From: an uncultured virus (IMG/VR IMGVR_UViG_3300046050_000015)
Lineage: Duplodnaviria > Heunggongvirae > Uroviricota > Caudoviricetes
Reading direction: 5' to 3' (one strand)
IMG/VR virus record: IMGVR_UViG_3300046050_000015
Length of the DNA stretch: 64,000 nucleotides
Both the position numbers and the translations under genes were made by a program. Shown piece by piece: positions 25,853 to 35,869 of the stretch. Below the pieces are notes generated by a model. It did no database searches and was not told where the DNA came from. It worked only from the letters and a program-made list of their open reading frames with translations. Position 1 is the stretch's first letter; every line of letters begins with the position of its first letter.

Positions 25853-26290
25853 TTAAATCTTTTGGAAGTAGCCAAATTCGGGCGTAAAACGACAATCCGG
25901 GCAACGCTGCGGGTTGTCGACAACCGGTATCCATTCGTATTCGCACCTGGTACAACGCATCAATACTACGTCAAGACTGGTCGAGCATTGTGGACACCTT
26001 TCGGGGTTGTCAACCTTCGGAATCCAGGCGTAATCACAGTTGTGGCATTCCAAGAGTTGGAACTCTCCACTCTCGATGCGCTGTTTCCACTCATCTGTGA
26101 GTGTGTAGATGGTGGGACTTCGGTCATGAGAATCAGCAATCTGGTAACTGTCGAGAATGGATGCTACACTAATGGCATTCTCTGGGAGGTTTTCCGCCAG
26201 CTCTCCCGCTGTAGCTTCACCTCGGTCATGAAGCATGAGGGCGAGGACCTTATTCACTTGGTCCTGGGACATCTGACGGTTGGCGAACAT
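25853..26290 (-). CDS. wHTH protein with two tandem Zn ribbons
   Basis: ATAGELAE helix; repeated CxxC-YxWIPxVDNPxRCPxC. Confidence 0.7.
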   Translation of the reverse strand: MFANRQMSQDQVNKVLALMLHDRGEATAGELAENLPENAISVASILDSYQIADSHDRSPTIYTLTDEWKQRIESGEFQLLECHNCDYAWIPKVDNPERCPQCSTSLDVVLMRCTRCEYEWIPVVDNPQRCPDCRFTPEFGYFQKI

Positions 26291-26292
26291 GG

Positions 26293-26646
26293 TCACCTCC
26301 TTGAGAAGGTGATGTTGGTTTCGAAGCAAAAAATTCTACCATCGGGTCGATATTCATTGAGTTGAATATCTCGGAATTCATAACCCTTGGTCACCATGAT
26401 AATGGGGACATTGGTCTCGTAGGCGACATTTCGAAGGTCCTTATCTACGTTTGGCCACTTCATTGACCCACTGAGGACATCTCGACCATTGAGGACCTCT
26501 ACACCTTGGTCTGGGAAGTCTTCAATCAAGTACAAGAACTTACCATCGGATTCATGGTGAATTCCCTCATTTCGGTAGTGTAGGAGTAGTTCATTGATGT
26601 CTTCCGGTTCAGTTGTCGTAATGTAATGGTCACGTTGTCTTCCCAT
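26293..26646 (-). CDS. hypothetical protein
   Basis: operonic ORF. Confidence 0.55.
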   Translation of the reverse strand: MGRQRDHYITTTEPEDINELLLHYRNEGIHHESDGKFLYLIEDFPDQGVEVLNGRDVLSGSMKWPNVDKDLRNVAYETNVPIIMVTKGYEFRDIQLNEYRPDGRIFCFETNITFSRR

Positions 26647-27162
26647 TGGTTCACCTCAGTAAATCTCCATTTCAACGTCTTCAGCTACCATTTACGTCGT
26701 CCTCCGGCGCTGCTTCTAGTGTTACTCTCACCATCGTTAACACCACGTGTGTGTGACGATAAGCGTCTGGTGCGCGCCCTCATATTGGGTGATGTCTACG
26801 AGTTCCCAACCATCGCGTTCCATTTGTTCGAGATATCCTTCGAGTTCCCAATCACCGTTCACGGCCGTTAATGATGTAGCGTTGAATTTCTTGCACTTGA
26901 AATGTGCCATTGTTTCACCGTATCCAACAATGGGGGAACACTACTTAAACGTTACCACTCTACGCCGTGACGGTCTTGATAGCACCCCAGGCACCGACTA
27001 TCGAACTCCTCGACATCGCCACTACTGATGGGGTCACCACAGTCTTGACAATTGAAGGGTTTATGTCGCATGTTGCCGCGCTCAGCGTGCTGAGTGGTGC
27101 CCGGGTGTACCTGTAGTTGGCACCGCTCACCATCGATACGAACCGGACATTGTTCGGTGTCG

Positions 27163-27375
27163 TCAGTTGACACAGAGATTCGCCACGGGCGATGCTCGCT
27201 GGACGGCAAGCTTTCGGGCGCGGCGCTCGTCGAAGTTGTCAGCGGGGTGACGCTTGGCTACCCCGGTACCCAAGCGACCATTGTCGTAGACCACGTGGGC
27301 AATCATGAAATCATCTTGGCGTCGGAATTCAACGTTCTCGATAGACATATCGTCGTCCATGAGTTCATTCCTCAC
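27163..27375 (-). CDS. small phage protein (GVAKRHPADNFD motif)
   Basis: GxAxxHPxDxFD..A pattern seen in phage proteins. Confidence 0.55.
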   Translation of the reverse strand: MRNELMDDDMSIENVEFRRQDDFMIAHVVYDNGRLGTGVAKRHPADNFDERRARKLAVQRASPVANLCVN

Positions 27376-27410
27376 ACGTAAAATGACCTCGACTCACTTC
27401 AAGGTTTGGG

Positions 27411-27851
27411 TTACCAAATATCCGCGCCAACCATATCAAGCGCTGCTAAACAGATTGCTTCGGCGGGACTGTCCGTTGACTCGCCACGGAAATAACCCCC
27501 ACCCCCTTCGGGTTGGTGGAACATCGCCATCCAATCGTCAGACTGGAGATTGAACGTCGTGCCCGGGGTATCTAGTAGTGTAGATACAACATGGAACGCG
27601 GAATTCATGTCGTTCACGTAATCGGGAACAGTCCACATTCGTTGACCGTCAATCTCCCACCGGTGCTCTCCCTGCCGAGATAGGTCAACCGGAATACCGA
27701 CGTAGAATGGTTCCGATGCTGGTTCTTCATCCATACGTTGGACATTTCGCCAACCAATCACTTGGTCAGCTATGAGGGCGCTCTTTTCGGCGTCGGACAT
27801 CTCTGTCCACTTCTTGCGTTGATACTCTTCATTTTGCATGTGGTTTCCCAT
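27411..27851 (-). CDS. phage ABA-sandwich domain protein
   Basis: VPDYVNDMNSAFHVV and SPAEAICLAAL. Confidence 0.75.
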   Translation of the reverse strand: MGNHMQNEEYQRKKWTEMSDAEKSALIADQVIGWRNVQRMDEEPASEPFYVGIPVDLSRQGEHRWEIDGQRMWTVPDYVNDMNSAFHVVSTLLDTPGTTFNLQSDDWMAMFHQPEGGGGYFRGESTDSPAEAICLAALDMVGADIW

Positions 27852-27956
27852 CCTCTTGTAAACATAACGGACAATCTGTCATTAGGTGCTCACATTCTCC
27901 TTGGTAATGTACTTGCTGCGCCCACTGTTCAACGACTTGTGGGCTCGGTTCGAATC

Positions 27957-28400
27957 TCAATCTGGAACCTCCATCCCTGCTCGCATGCGAAGATGATGCA
28001 TATGTTCTTCATCTTCGTGTTCTTCCTCTTCAACCATTTGGCGCGCCTGGTCTTCAACCCACTCAGACCAGGAGTCTAACCAGTTATTGATGCGTTGTTT
28101 GATTTCGTCGTCGGTTTCGAAGAGCATTGAGTCACTGTCGAGCAGGGCAAAGGGTCCATCGATTCCCTTGGAATGGCGAATGAAACTCATAATGGCAAAC
28201 CTGGCCTGTTCCATGTTGACATTGGCCTCGTTCGCCACGTAACGGAACGTGGCCAGGGCTGTTCGCCATACGGCTTCGGAGCGCCGATTGTAGTTATCAA
28301 CCCCCTCTTCACTGTCAGCAGCTTTAAGTTCTGACCGAATGAAATCAAGTAGTTCTTCTTCGTCCTCCGGCCACGGCACGTCGAAATCATCCATTGGCAT
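27957..28400 (-). CDS. hypothetical protein
   Basis: acidic ORF. Confidence 0.6.
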   Translation of the reverse strand: MPMDDFDVPWPEDEEELLDFIRSELKAADSEEGVDNYNRRSEAVWRTALATFRYVANEANVNMEQARFAIMSFIRHSKGIDGPFALLDSDSMLFETDDEIKQRINNWLDSWSEWVEDQARQMVEEEEHEDEEHMHHLRMRAGMEVPD

Positions 28401-28791
28401 AAACGTTAACTGCTAACTCGTAAACGGCTTCAATTGCAGTGTCTCCTACAGCCTTGGTTTTGCCATCCATAGACCGCCCAGGACCACCCCAAACCTTCAT
28501 GGCTACGGCTTGGATACCATCGGGACATTTGGTATATTCTACACGATAACCATCTTGGATAAACTTTTCAATGATTCGGTTAAAATAAATGAAATCAGAA
28601 TACCAGTGCGGGATACCGTTCCACCATTCCGCACCCCACTGGTCCTCATTGGCTTCATGTCCTTCGGGTGGCCAAATAGCCAGATTTAACCCCACAGGAG
28701 AGTCCAAGTACTCCCAACCGAACATATGTACGGCCACCTTTTTGCGGGTCTGTTTATCTACTTGCGCAGGACCGTACTTCTCACGCATCAT
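28387..28791 (-). CDS. ABA-sandwich-like protein
   Basis: VAVHMFGW..IPHWYSD..IIEKF..TAIEAVYELA. Confidence 0.5.
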   Translation of the reverse strand: MMREKYGPAQVDKQTRKKVAVHMFGWEYLDSPVGLNLAIWPPEGHEANEDQWGAEWWNGIPHWYSDFIYFNRIIEKFIQDGYRVEYTKCPDGIQAVAMKVWGGPGRSMDGKTKAVGDTAIEAVYELAVNVYANG

Positions 28792-29204
28792 TCATCGCCC
28801 CGAAGACTCTCTGTAAGGGCCGAGCTTTTTTGAATGCACTGGGAAATGAGCGACTCCACTCCTTCGATGTCTCCGGAATCCAGAGCATTCGAGGCTTGGA
28901 TAAGTTTGGAGCGAATCTCTGATGCACTGTCAAGCATCCCCTCTTCATCTCGTGGAAGATGGATTCCCATGTCTTCAAGTTGTCCACGGTACTTTTGGAG
29001 CATCTTGAAGGCTGCCGCGAGCTGGTTATCGCTGAGACTCCCATACTCTTCGACCGATTGCGCGAGGTCTTGCCCGAAGTCAGCGTCGAACTTGTTGAAC
29101 CCAACCCCATCCCTGGACCGGGCGCTATCGCATCGTTGGGCCAGGGCCTGCACCCCACCCTCGATGGCCTTACGTTCCTCATGGCTGAACTTTCGGTCGC
29201 TCAT
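28788..29204 (-). CDS. hypothetical protein (RCD..A..RDGVGFNKFD domain)
   Basis: DGVGFNKFD..LSxxQ..LQKYRGQL resembles a domain recalled from phage helicase-associated proteins. Confidence 0.6.
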   Translation of the reverse strand: MSDRKFSHEERKAIEGGVQALAQRCDSARSRDGVGFNKFDADFGQDLAQSVEEYGSLSDNQLAAAFKMLQKYRGQLEDMGIHLPRDEEGMLDSASEIRSKLIQASNALDSGDIEGVESLISQCIQKSSALTESLRGDE

Positions 29205-29242
29205 GTCTAGGCAATGAACCTACACTCACTTATAGTTATCCC

Positions 29243-29542
29243 CTACGTACTCACGCCAACGTCGTACTCGCCGAGGTGAAGACCCTTGCCAAGCTTCTGG
29301 ATACCCTGTATTCGGTCCGGGCCGAAATACTCATAGATTTGCGTGGGGTCACCAGTGACAACAATAACACACTCATACTGTTGCATGCGGCGAGACATTG
29401 AACCCATACCATGTTGACTTTCGTCGTTTCGCTCCCAAGGATTCGTCTTGATGTTGGTATCTTCCTCTTGTTCTTCGCCTTCTTCCTCGATAGTAACTTG
29501 GTACGCTGTCGCCATATCGTTTTCTGTCATCTTACTCACCAA
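29243..29542 (-). CDS. hypothetical protein
   Basis: acidic ORF. Confidence 0.5.
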   Translation of the reverse strand: MVSKMTENDMATAYQVTIEEEGEEQEEDTNIKTNPWERNDESQHGMGSMSRRMQQYECVIVVTGDPTQIYEYFGPDRIQGIQKLGKGLHLGEYDVGVST

Positions 29543-29699
29543 GTGATGTCAAGATGTTTAATCATTTTGGTCTTCCCAGCCCATCCGGATGTCTCCAATC
29601 GTGATAGCCTGACCCACGTGAAGATTCCGGGGTGGAATTTGTGTTCCCAAGAGAGCTAAGGCAACTCTATTTCTAACCTCTACACTAACACCGTTGCGT

Positions 29700-30182
29700 T
29701 CAGTCTCCTGACACATTTTCTTTTACCTGTTGAATTGATTCCTCACCAATAAAGGTGGAGATTACTGGTTCTTCATCATAGACAACCTCCAATTTCTCTA
29801 CAACCTCTTCACCCTGCTTGTTTAAGTCGTTCATTTTCGGGGCCCAAATTTTTCCTCCTTTCGTCGCTACGTAACCCTGCCCCAGAGAAACAGCACCCTT
29901 TGTTTCCAGGGTGTCATAAACCTCACACCGCTGGTCAAGGTCGGGGCGACCCGGAAGAGACAATCGACGCTCACTCTCTGGCGGACGGCCAGTCTTTTTC
30001 CCGTACACCTTGAATTGTTCGCGCGTCCCGGTGACAATGATGTGTGGAGATGGTTTCTGGTTCGGGTGCTTCCATACGGCCATTGCGGTCATGGTCGTCC
30101 CACCATGCATCAGGACATCTGAAGGATACTTGTACATTCGTTCATCAAGCCAGGAGAAGTAATCGCTTTGGTTCTCAATCAT
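29700..30182 (-). CDS. hypothetical protein
   Basis: start overlaps stop of upstream nuclease gene. Confidence 0.55.
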   Translation of the reverse strand: MIENQSDYFSWLDERMYKYPSDVLMHGGTTMTAMAVWKHPNQKPSPHIIVTGTREQFKVYGKKTGRPPESERRLSLPGRPDLDQRCEVYDTLETKGAVSLGQGYVATKGGKIWAPKMNDLNKQGEEVVEKLEVVYDEEPVISTFIGEESIQQVKENVSGD

Positions 30183-30705
30183 CCGCAACATTCCCAAGAA
30201 TAGAACGACCAATATCATTTTCTGGTGGTTTCGTAACTTCGGAAGCAATTTTGGCCGCTTGGGTCAGGGGGATAAGGTACGCGCGAGTGCGTTGCCCTGA
30301 CCTATTCCCGTTGACGTTCTCGCGGGTCAACGTCGTTGGGAAGTCGCGTTCTTGGAGTACCTGGTACAGTTCCTCTACGTCGAACCAATAGGTGACTTCT
30401 TGTTCTCCAATCTCGTGAGCCCAAATATCACATTGGTCTGCGGCTAACCTGATGCCCGAATCTGTCCATGTCTCTCCACCGTCGTTGGTTTGCTCGAACT
30501 CGACGTAAAGGTTCCCAGTCTTGATGGCATCAACATCGGCTTTGTGCTCGATGATTGCCCCGTCATGGGGGCGAACCATGTCCCCCTGGTCTCCTTTCTG
30601 TTGTTCTTCGACGGGTTCGTAGTCGTGTCGTTCGGCGAACGCTAACTCGTATTCTTTGGATTCGGCTAAATGTTCACCAACGTTCCGATGGGTATTCTTG
30701 GACAT
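30175..30705 (-). CDS. PD-(D/E)XK family nuclease
   Basis: GD..IEHKAD..TGNLYVEF..SGI. Confidence 0.65.
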   Translation of the reverse strand: MSKNTHRNVGEHLAESKEYELAFAERHDYEPVEEQQKGDQGDMVRPHDGAIIEHKADVDAIKTGNLYVEFEQTNDGGETWTDSGIRLAADQCDIWAHEIGEQEVTYWFDVEELYQVLQERDFPTTLTRENVNGNRSGQRTRAYLIPLTQAAKIASEVTKPPENDIGRSILGNVADD

Positions 30706-30706
30706 G

Positions 30707-30895
30707 TTAGGTCCCGGTGGTGATGAACCCATTACTTGCGGCTTCTCGTAGCGTGATAAGTTTTTGCCGCAGTTCCCAGAGGTGGTCGGTTTCTGAGCCC
30801 CCTGCTGCTTCTCGTTCGATTTCCATTGCTTCCTTTAGGTCCTCGATTTGGTCTTCAATGAGGTCGACGTTAACAGGGACGCGAATCTCGGGCAT
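30707..30895 (-). CDS. hypothetical protein
   Basis: short acidic ORF downstream of a TTAAAG box. Confidence 0.5.
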   Translation of the reverse strand: MPEIRVPVNVDLIEDQIEDLKEAMEIEREAAGGSETDHLWELRQKLITLREAASNGFITTGT

Positions 30896-30957
30896 TGAAC
30901 ATGTAAGTGTCCTCCTGAAACTTTAAGGTTTCGTCCGGTGGTCGTGATACCGGTAAC

Positions 30958-31185
30958 AGCGCGGAAACCCACCCATTTACGGGTTGGGGAAAGTGCGCAC
31001 CCCCCGTACAACAATCCATCAACGGCAGCACATCCCACTCCCCAACATTTTTAAATCACCAAGTACACATATGATATATGGAGAAGCGGCGTACTGTCCC
31101 GGTCAAACTCAATGTGGACAGTGACGACGCCACCCTTCTCCACGATACTATAGACGAGTTTCTGTGGGCGGCTAACTATGTGACA
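30958..31185 (+). mobile_element. tnpB: IS200/IS605 (IS1341-type) remnant with end hairpin and truncated tnpB
   Basis: hairpin GAAACCCACCCATTTACGGGTTGGG; ORF at 31078 [35 protein letters not shown] resembles haloarchaeal TnpB N-termini, then similarity ends. Confidence 0.75.
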
Positions 31186-31520
31186 TGCCACGCCTTTACC
31201 GGGTTTTCTTGGCAGTCGAACTTTCTCCAGTACCCGATACGAATTTCAGGTTCAGTGCCCGGGATAGGTAAGTAAATCATGCGATACATTTCATCCTCAG
31301 CACATTGTAATACGTGCCATTCACGTTTCAGAACCTTCATCGTGTAGATAACGGCTCCAGTGGCAACAATAGCTCCCATCACAATTGAGGCAAGGATTAC
31401 AGTTCCCAGACTTACGATATCCGAGACCACAGCATAAGCGATGTTAATAACGGATAGTAAGCCTGACAAAGATATGATTCCAACGATAGCTCCACTCGTT
31501 GGTTTAATCTTCAACACCAC
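31176..31520 (-). CDS. membrane protein
   Basis: two hydrophobic helices. Confidence 0.55.
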   Translation of the reverse strand: MVLKIKPTSGAIVGIISLSGLLSVINIAYAVVSDIVSLGTVILASIVMGAIVATGAVIYTMKVLKREWHVLQCAEDEMYRMIYLPIPGTEPEIRIGYWRKFDCQENPVKAWHVT

Positions 31521-31746
31521 CCTCCATGTTTAGGGGACGTTCAAGCCATTTGAAACCACAGCGCTGACATCGACGAAAGATGTGTGCATCCTTTCGGTCT
31601 GTTACTCGGCTCTGGTTTGGTACGTCGGTACCACAGTTATATGTACAATCCCATTTGCTACTATGGTATTGTGTGGTTATTTCAACGTGTCCACAAGCTC
31701 TACAGTTGGCATCATCGTCGTATGGTTCAAGTGTCATGGTAACCAT
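31504..31746 (-). CDS. Zn-ribbon protein
   Basis: CRACG..CQRCG. Confidence 0.55.
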   Translation of the reverse strand: MVTMTLEPYDDDANCRACGHVEITTQYHSSKWDCTYNCGTDVPNQSRVTDRKDAHIFRRCQRCGFKWLERPLNMEGGVED

Positions 31747-32698
31747 TCCTGAGAATAACTAATCTACCCTCTTTCTGGAAGTATTGCTCCTCAGGAAGGT
31801 AATTAAAGGCGACCTCATTATTGGTATCATGAACATCTTCCTCTGGGATATGGGCTCCGGAAGCGTTCGAGTGTCCACCACCTCCAAGCTCTTCAGCGAA
31901 CTTGGACATATCAGGCCCGTCGTCAGTTGCACGGAAACTGAGTTTGATACCACCCTCGTCACTCCAATCCCATACGATGGCGAACCCGTCGTCGGATTGT
32001 TTAGCGAGCTTGTTACCGAGGAGACTCGCCACATTTCCATTACCTCGTCGAGCCAAGCCACTCTTACCGAAGAGAAGAATGGATTGCGCGTCTTGAGCAA
32101 GTAGGTCGGTCATGTTGTCCTTGGACTCGTACATGTTGTAACCTTGAGTTAGGACGAAATCGAAGTTGTCCTCTAATTCATGCGCAGCAACATTGAAGGC
32201 GTCAGTTGTTCGAGGAATTTTGCTTAGCCATTCAGCGATGGCTTTCGACGCCGGGTACTTGTTTCTCCACAGGTCCCGGTCCTCGACGTACTTGACCAGC
32301 TTAGTAGGAGATTTGTTGGGTCCGAACACATCCCAAGCGATGCGTGCACCCGAACGCTCCTTGTCGAACACACCGATAATGTCATCGGGAAGCTCGTCCA
32401 AGTGTCGTTCCGCGGAGGCGTGATGGTCGTAAACCTTGACGATTTCGGCAACCTCCATGATTTCCTGCATTTGTTCCGGTGGGAAACAAAAATCGACAAG
32501 GGCAACCCGTCGACCATAAACGTCACCAATGGGTGGGTCTTCACCGTGACTAACTCCAACGGTACGGAAGTGGGATTTGGCGGCTGTTTCTTCCATAATC
32601 CAAGCGGCCGCTAACCCATCGTTACATCCGCCATGGTAGAGGGCAACATCGAAATCGTGGCACTCGTTAAACATTTCCATACTCATTTCCTCACTCAT
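31727..32698 (-). CDS. DHH/DHHA1 phosphoesterase
   Basis: YHGGCNDG, VDF, DHH, EDRDLW, GGGGHSNASG. Confidence 0.9.
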   Translation of the reverse strand: MSEEMSMEMFNECHDFDVALYHGGCNDGLAAAWIMEETAAKSHFRTVGVSHGEDPPIGDVYGRRVALVDFCFPPEQMQEIMEVAEIVKVYDHHASAERHLDELPDDIIGVFDKERSGARIAWDVFGPNKSPTKLVKYVEDRDLWRNKYPASKAIAEWLSKIPRTTDAFNVAAHELEDNFDFVLTQGYNMYESKDNMTDLLAQDAQSILLFGKSGLARRGNGNVASLLGNKLAKQSDDGFAIVWDWSDEGGIKLSFRATDDGPDMSKFAEELGGGGHSNASGAHIPEEDVHDTNNEVAFNYLPEEQYFQKEGRLVILRNGYHDT

Positions 32699-32936
32699 TT
32701 GTATGGTGAAGAGTGGGGGACCCACTTAATCGTTACGATTCCCAGGTCGGAGAAGCATCCTTGAAGCCTAACTCAACNNNNNNNNNNCCCACTCGTCCGT
32801 GGGTGGAGATTGGAGGCTAGCGATGGCGTCCTCGACAACGTAGACCTCATAACCACGCTCAACCAATCCACTCTCCACTCATGTCGAACCGTACATGTCC
32901 GTTTACCTTGTTAAGACTTTCGATAGTGGAGAGTAT

Positions 32937-33308
32937 TTAGTCGTAGTGCTCGGGGTACAGCTCCCGGGCCCAGCGCTCGTACCGTTCAGGAACATCGTCG
33001 AACGCATCTTCAAGGAGCTGAGGTAAGGGTTTGGGCCGCTTAGACTCGAACATCATGGCGGGGATGTTACCTGTATCGGTCGGTGCTTGCCCGTCGTCGA
33101 GGCAGCACTCTTGGCATCGGAGCGGTACATTGTCCTGAAGCCAGCCTAAGGGTGGATGTTTCTTCTCGTTGGGGCGGCCCCGAAGGAACTTCTGAGGCTT
33201 GTATCGTTCTTCGCACTCATCGCACTCGTACCACTCTTCACTCTCCATGAATTGCACGAGTTTAGGTCGCCATTCGTCCCGAAGGTACCAATGCTCGTCG
33301 TTGGACAT
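32937..33308 (-). CDS. Zn-finger protein
   Basis: CDEC..CQEC. Confidence 0.55.
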   Translation of the reverse strand: MSNDEHWYLRDEWRPKLVQFMESEEWYECDECEERYKPQKFLRGRPNEKKHPPLGWLQDNVPLRCQECCLDDGQAPTDTGNIPAMMFESKRPKPLPQLLEDAFDDVPERYERWARELYPEHYD

Positions 33309-33326
33309 GTATGACGCTCCCGCGCG

Positions 33327-33524
33327 TTAGTTCACAGCATCAAGTGTCTCACGGATTTGCGTGAGGTAGTGTTCCATCTCTTCGACCTGTGTTTCCAGGT
33401 CCTCAACACTGCTTGAGGAATCTCCACCGACAAGCCTGTCTCGGGCCTCAGCCGATAAGTGGTTAAGTGCACTGAACCTGTCAGTTAGGAAGGTGCCGTA
33501 GTGCATCGTCCAGAAGTCGTCCAT
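33327..33524 (-). CDS. hypothetical protein
   Basis: first gene of leftward block. Confidence 0.5.
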   Translation of the reverse strand: MDDFWTMHYGTFLTDRFSALNHLSAEARDRLVGGDSSSSVEDLETQVEEMEHYLTQIRETLDAVN

Positions 33525-33681
33525 GGTGTAGAGGTTAGGTTGGTCAGCCTACTTGAACCTTCGGTGGGTGTGCGGCGAGCGACTGTCCACTGGTTCGTTG
33601 TGTCAGCATGGATGACAGATTCCTTCTACCCTTGTCACAAGCGTTAGGTGGTCTTCGGTGGGAAATTGCTTTCGAGAGGTG

Positions 33682-33887
33682 GCTGTGTCAGTATGCCAAG
33701 TTTTGCAGGGGGGTACGATTTCACAGAAACGTGGGGGAAACCTTTATATGTCATTGGTTACCTTTACACTACACCCAGCGAGGGGTGCTATTGGCTTGAG
33801 AAAATTTTTTCTTATAGGGGTAAGGACATATGGGGGAATTCTGTCAGAGATTGTACCCCCCTGCAAACGCTGTCATTCTGACACAGC
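33682..33887. repeat. origin-like inverted-repeat element, copy A
   Basis: TTTGCAGGGGGGTACGAT ... ATTGTACCCCCCTGCAAA around AT-rich core; outer GCTGTGTCAG/CTGACACAGC; at transcription strand switch. Confidence 0.7.
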
Positions 33888-34012
33888 GGCCCAATTCACC
33901 CAAATCGCTAGGTTAGAGAAACTAATTCGTGTGCGGGCCGTTTGAGACACTTGGCACAGATGTCAAAAATCAAACCATAACTCTTAATAGTTAAGAGTAG
34001 GTTTTAGGGTCG

Positions 34013-34312
34013 ATGGTACTGCACTGGATTACCGTAAGCCTCGAAGACACCCCGGCACAGACCACCATCGAAACCCGGGACAACCTCCAAGCCTACGTTA
34101 AGCACCACTTCGGCGCAGGTCCCATCACGAAGGAAGTCACGAAGACTTGGCAGCAAGGACCAAGCACGCAACGTAAGGATAGCTTAGAGGTTCGGGTCGA
34201 TGCAACCGAAGACATGGTTCGTAGCTTTATCGACATGATTCAGACAAAGCTTGAACATCCAGATATCCATTTACTTCGTATGGAAGCCAACGTCTCAGAG
34301 GAATACTTATGA
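34013..34312 (+). CDS. hypothetical protein
   Basis: first gene of rightward block after CTCTTAATA box. Confidence 0.6.
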   Translation: MVLHWITVSLEDTPAQTTIETRDNLQAYVKHHFGAGPITKEVTKTWQQGPSTQRKDSLEVRVDATEDMVRSFIDMIQTKLEHPDIHLLRMEANVSEEYL

Positions 34313-34524
34313 AAGTTCAGCTATACGAGGTGACTGGGAAGATTGAGGAGTCGAAACAGGTTCCCGGTACTCATTCCCGGAAAACTTGGAAGGTTCCCGC
34401 TTCAGGATTTGAGGAAGCCTACAAAATCTTTAAGGAAGCCCAGGACCCAAAGGAAATCATGTCAATCGAGAGAATGAATGAAACTGTCCTCGTGCCGGAT
34501 AATTACCCCGGGGACTCTGTGTAA
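34309..34524 (+). CDS. hypothetical protein
   Basis: ATGA overlap. Confidence 0.55.
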   Translation: MKVQLYEVTGKIEESKQVPGTHSRKTWKVPASGFEEAYKIFKEAQDPKEIMSIERMNETVLVPDNYPGDSV

Positions 34525-34577
34525 CTGAATGGTGGGCGTAGATACCCTGACAACTCAGGTGAAATGGAGTCACCATC

Positions 34578-34865
34578 ATGGTCATACAGGAAGAAGAAAT
34601 CCGTTCTGAAATCAAAACAGCACTTCGCCTCTGTGGGTATAACGACCGGAAACCGTGGAGATTGTTCTGGGACCACGAGCATGATGAGGCCTTCGCTTTA
34701 CCGGGCGCGGAGACCGACTTTACGTGGATAATGGAACACCACGAACTCCTAGCCACGTTTAAGGAGTTCCGTCAATCGTTCGAAGTTACGAGGAACGAGA
34801 TAAGAGTTATTGTCCGCGAACTAGCTCCAAGGCTAAAATCAAGGGATAGAAGGGAGCAGTTCTAG
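34578..34865 (+). CDS. hypothetical protein
   Basis: operonic ORF. Confidence 0.55.
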   Translation: MVIQEEEIRSEIKTALRLCGYNDRKPWRLFWDHEHDEAFALPGAETDFTWIMEHHELLATFKEFRQSFEVTRNEIRVIVRELAPRLKSRDRREQF

Positions 34866-35118
34866 GTGTTTAGCCCGTGATACATGCCCGAGCAGTATAC
34901 GACACCCATCATCGCTGACACCGACGCAACCAGAACAGGAGCACTGATGGTCGATACTGTGGTCAGGAAGTAGGATAGGCTACCTGTAGCGGCAATAGCT
35001 AGAACCTTGTCGAACATCACCATGCTTTAGGTTATCTTTCCTATTTAAGGCTTCGGAGTACCGAAGATATATACGGGGTTGTCTCATTTCTGGGAATGCG
35101 CCCCACGGAGGGAATGAG

Positions 35119-35316
35119 ATGGAGCTAGAAACCAAGACCAACCGCGAACTGATGAAGCTATACAACGAGAAAAAGAACCACCTCAATAAGACCGAATACC
35201 CCAAGGTGGTTGAAGGACTCGAAGAAGACCTCGATGCTATCGAAGACGAGTTCGACCGGCGGGAGAAGGCGTTCAACTACAACCGACAACAGATGGAGGA
35301 AACCAATGTTGTTTGA
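35119..35316 (+). CDS. small coiled-coil protein
   Basis: acidic helical ORF with SD-like GGAGG. Confidence 0.55.
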   Translation: MELETKTNRELMKLYNEKKNHLNKTEYPKVVEGLEEDLDAIEDEFDRREKAFNYNRQQMEETNVV

Positions 35317-35697
35317 CTGGGGTCGGTGGTTTCTCACCGGGTTCTCGCTTGGCACCCTTCTTGGCCTTACCGTTGGTATCAACGTGGGGGTGTGAAGATG
35401 GGGGTCATGAAATCTCTCTACCCCGGATACCACGAGAAAGACGCCGACTTGGTTAGAGCGAACATGGGATGGAACGACGACGTGAAGAGGTAGAGGTGGA
35501 ACATATTGGACAAGGATGGTCATGTGGTCAAAGCGCTCGCCTACCTCAACGTCGGTATCGCCAAGGTGGAGAGTGGGTTGCGGAGGCTCAGGCGACGGCT
35601 GAATGGAAAGAGTTAAGTAAAAATAACCATGTTTATGGTTATGCGTCGGGTGGGTAGGCTGCTCGGTGCTAGGAATTCATTCTTCTCCCGCCCTGGT

Positions 35698-35825
35698 GGA
35701 GGCAGGAAACAAATATCCACCGTTCCCCTTCACTGGGATGCACGAGGGACGAAGCCCCACCCCGGGCAGTGAATACGGGGTAACGGTCGGGTTCTGCCTC
35801 TGGCCCCGAGGGTGAAATCGGGGCA
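35698..35825 (+). ncRNA. rod-like structured RNA candidate
   Basis: nested stems GAGGCAGGA/TTCTGCCTC, ACCGTTCCCC/GGGG(T)AACGGT, TTCACTG/CAGTGAA, then GCCCCGA/TCGGGGC hairpin. Confidence 0.5.
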
Positions 35826-35869
35826 ACCCCTTCACAACATTTTTAGGTCTTGAGTCTATTCGGTATCAT

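Noticed and set aside
32725..32900. gene spanning the N gap at 32778-32787
   Set aside because: frame cannot be established across the gap
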